64,000 nucleotides of DNA from Penicillus capitatus (Eukaryota > Plantae > Chlorophyta). This document shows, one piece after another, positions 61,538-64,000 of the stretch. The stretch lies in contig OZ287698.1 of the NCBI GenBank assembly GCA_965649825.1, positions 1,379,949 to 1,443,948 of the forward strand, written 5' to 3'. The notes under the pieces are model-generated. The model did no database searches, had not been told where the DNA came from, and saw nothing but the letters and a program-made list of their open reading frames with translations. The translations under genes and the position numbers were made by a program. Every line of letters begins with the position of its first letter. The stretch's first letter is position 1.

Positions 61538-63531
61538 TCAAGTGAACAATGGGTCCACTTCGCGTGGGGCGTTTTCGTGATCAGAGCAATGCTCCTCACT
61601 TGTGTGATGCATACCATAAAAGAGGTAGACGAGGACAGAGAGAACGATCCACAGGAGGAGACGGAAGTAAGCTTCGGCCTCCAATGTCATGATCAGATGG
61701 ACAGAACACAGGAGACCCAAACAAGAGATGAGTGGCTGTGATGTCAGTCTGAAAGTGGAAGACTGGAAAACGACAGGAAGACGGATGAATGAGAGCACCA
61801 CCACGAAGAAGACCCCTGTCACAAAACACAAGCCACAGATCATCATCTGGCATCCGCGATGGCAAGAGACGACCTATCGATGCTATCCACAACCACAGTG
61901 GCCATTCCCTCTCGACGACGAGACCTTCGACGATGCTGGTGATAACGAGGAGACCCAGTCGCAATGCAACCCAGCTTGGATGTACAGGTTCTTGTGTGCT
62001 GTCTAAAGGAGTGTCTTTTGTTTTGACATATCTATACATCGCAGAGGGCAATAAGGGATGTGGTTGAGAGCGTATGGATAACCTTTTCCATATGGAGGCT
62101 GCGCAGACGAGACAAAAAACAAAAAGTGTTCCCATTGAGACCATTGAAGAAAGTGTAGCAATATCCAGTAGTAGTGTCATGCTCGCAGTGGCGAGACCCG
62201 AGAGCACTGTGGCATATATGGGTGTGGATGTATGTTCGTTCACTTCTGCCTAGACATCAGCTGGCCTCTATCAGCCGTTAGCATTCGGGGATACGCACCA
62301 GGATTTTTGGGAGAAAGCCTTCTCTACCCAAGACCATAAGCAGACGACAGGGAACGTACATAGCTCCGAACAAAGATGTTACGATTCCGCAGAGTGCACC
62401 GAAGGACACGATTCGACTTGCCCAATCCCATCCAATCATTTCAAATGCAGTCGAGTACGCTGCCATGACATCGATCTCGCCATACCTATGAGAGATCATC
62501 ACCACACACACATTCACTATAAGGACTCTGTCAAATCTGTCCTGTTACGGGACCATGCCCACGAGGGCGGCAGCCATGAGAATGTAGAGAGTGGTACAGA
62601 TCAGGAGGGAGACGATGATGCTGAGGGGTAAATCCCTGGAAGGATTCTTCGAATCTTCAGACACGGTCGCCATCGCTTCGAAACCAAGGTATGAGAAGAA
62701 GACGATAGATGTCCCACGGAACATGTTGGAAATGCCGTACTCTTTAGGAAAAAACGGTGTGTAGTTCTCCATGTCAATATTGGGAGCCGATGCTCCCACG
62801 ACAAAGATGATGATCATCAGACTGACCGTTGTCGTGATACCATTGAAGGTGAAGGATTCTCGAACGCCATAGGTAAACAGTACTGTCAGGAAGAGCACGA
62901 CGACGGTTCCAAATATATCGATCACAAAAGCGTCTGTGTTGTGAAGGGTGATGACTAAAGCATCGCTGTCGATGCCGATCAATGTTGAGAAGTATCCGGC
63001 CAGTCCTTTGGCGACAGCAGCACTCGCAACAGAGCATTCCATCAAGAAACAACTGGCGGCGATCCTGTCACCATAGGGCACGTTGGCTGAAAATTGTGAC
63101 CGACATGGCTGCGTTGGCTGACCATGAAGCAAACTCGCCGAAAACGAGGCTGACGTAGTTATACGAGGCACCGGCGACCGGAACATCTGCTGCAAATTCT
63201 GCGTAGACGAGGGAGCAGAAGAGGGCGGCGATGCCAGCCAATCCATAAGAGAGGATGATGGCAGGTCCTGTCTGTTCACTTGCCACCTCTCCTGTTACGA
63301 CGAAAACGCCAGAGCCGATCATGGATCCCAATCCAAACATGACCTAGGTCGGCATCCAATGCACAACGGATGGTCGGCGTTCGAGACGTCCATAGGGCGA
63401 CGTCTTACCAAATCCAATGGACCGAGCACACGTTTGAGCTTCGTCGACAGTGAGGCTTTGGCAATCATGTCATCGACGGAGGCACAGCGAAAAGCTTTGT
63501 CGCGAAAAGTCGACCAGAAATTTGAAATCAT
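61538..63531 (-). CDS. Cationic amino-acid transporter (APC/CAT family), tandem copy 3
   Basis: Motifs GLGSMIGSGVFVVTG, TGPAIILSY, YAEFAADVP, SYLGFEAMA and GREGFLP. Confidence 0.92.
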
Positions 63532-64000
63532 CGTGTCGGGTTGCAACGGGGAGGATCAAATCGGCGACGCCTGCGGTGCCGTGCGGACGAAGTCAGTCAA
63601 GAAATCGACCTTTTCTGAGGCGATTTCGATGCGTTTCTTGTGTCTTGAATACTTTGTCGTGCGACTGGGACCCCTTGGAATAAATGGATCGTCGTATGAT
63701 TCGACTGTAATGCTCTCATCTTACAACCGCGACTTGTACGGACATCAGTCGTCGTCATACAACAACCGCGCTATCCTTGTGCTTGCGGCGATGTCGCGAC
63801 GGATGAGGTTGAGCTGACGTGCGGCTGTTGCCATCAAAGCTGCACTCAAAGTCCTGTCGCGTTCAGCGGATCGAGGCGATCTCTGATGTCAGAGTCGCAT
63901 CAGGAGTCACCTTACACCGCGAACGTGAAGCGGAAGTTCGCGTGGTCGCGATAAATGTCCGACCATGGACCGTGAGTTGCGCCGCTGACGGGAATCGTCT

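Overview
This is eukaryotic nuclear DNA from a very compact green-algal (Chlorophyta-like) genome read in the standard genetic code. It holds about 35 genes, intergenic gaps are often under 100 bp, and most spliceosomal introns are 42-67 nt, many without a polypyrimidine tract. Recognisable genes: SEC24, glyoxalase II, a TTLL15-type ATP-grasp ligase, a SnRK2-like kinase, plastid TPT, a rhomboid-like protein, a degenerate kinesin-14, an LCM-type methyltransferase, ACR11/12, a tyrosine-kinase-like kinase, a divergent SMC2-like protein, ACX1, VPS9, uL13m, PRORP, ISD11, MCM5, an ICME-like esterase, PIE1/SWR1, adenylate kinase, ALAD, a DEDDh exonuclease-like protein, an NPK1-like MAPKKK, Pescadillo and three tandem CAT amino-acid permeases. 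The most notable observations are: (1) ISD11 ends 6 nt before, and in frame with, the PRORP start codon (TAG CAA TCT ATG), suggesting a bicistronic or read-through locus; (2) a palindromic TCACTCTTT/AAAGAGTGA element family recurs inside introns of unrelated genes; (3) several enzymes have altered catalytic motifs, including a TK-like kinase with WNK-style lysine placement, a motif-less kinesin, a dead bacterial-type exonuclease and a PRORP lacking its Zn ligands. Exon boundaries were deduced by eye and homologies were recognised from remembered motifs, not database searches. No rRNA, tRNA, CRISPR array or autonomous transposon was found.
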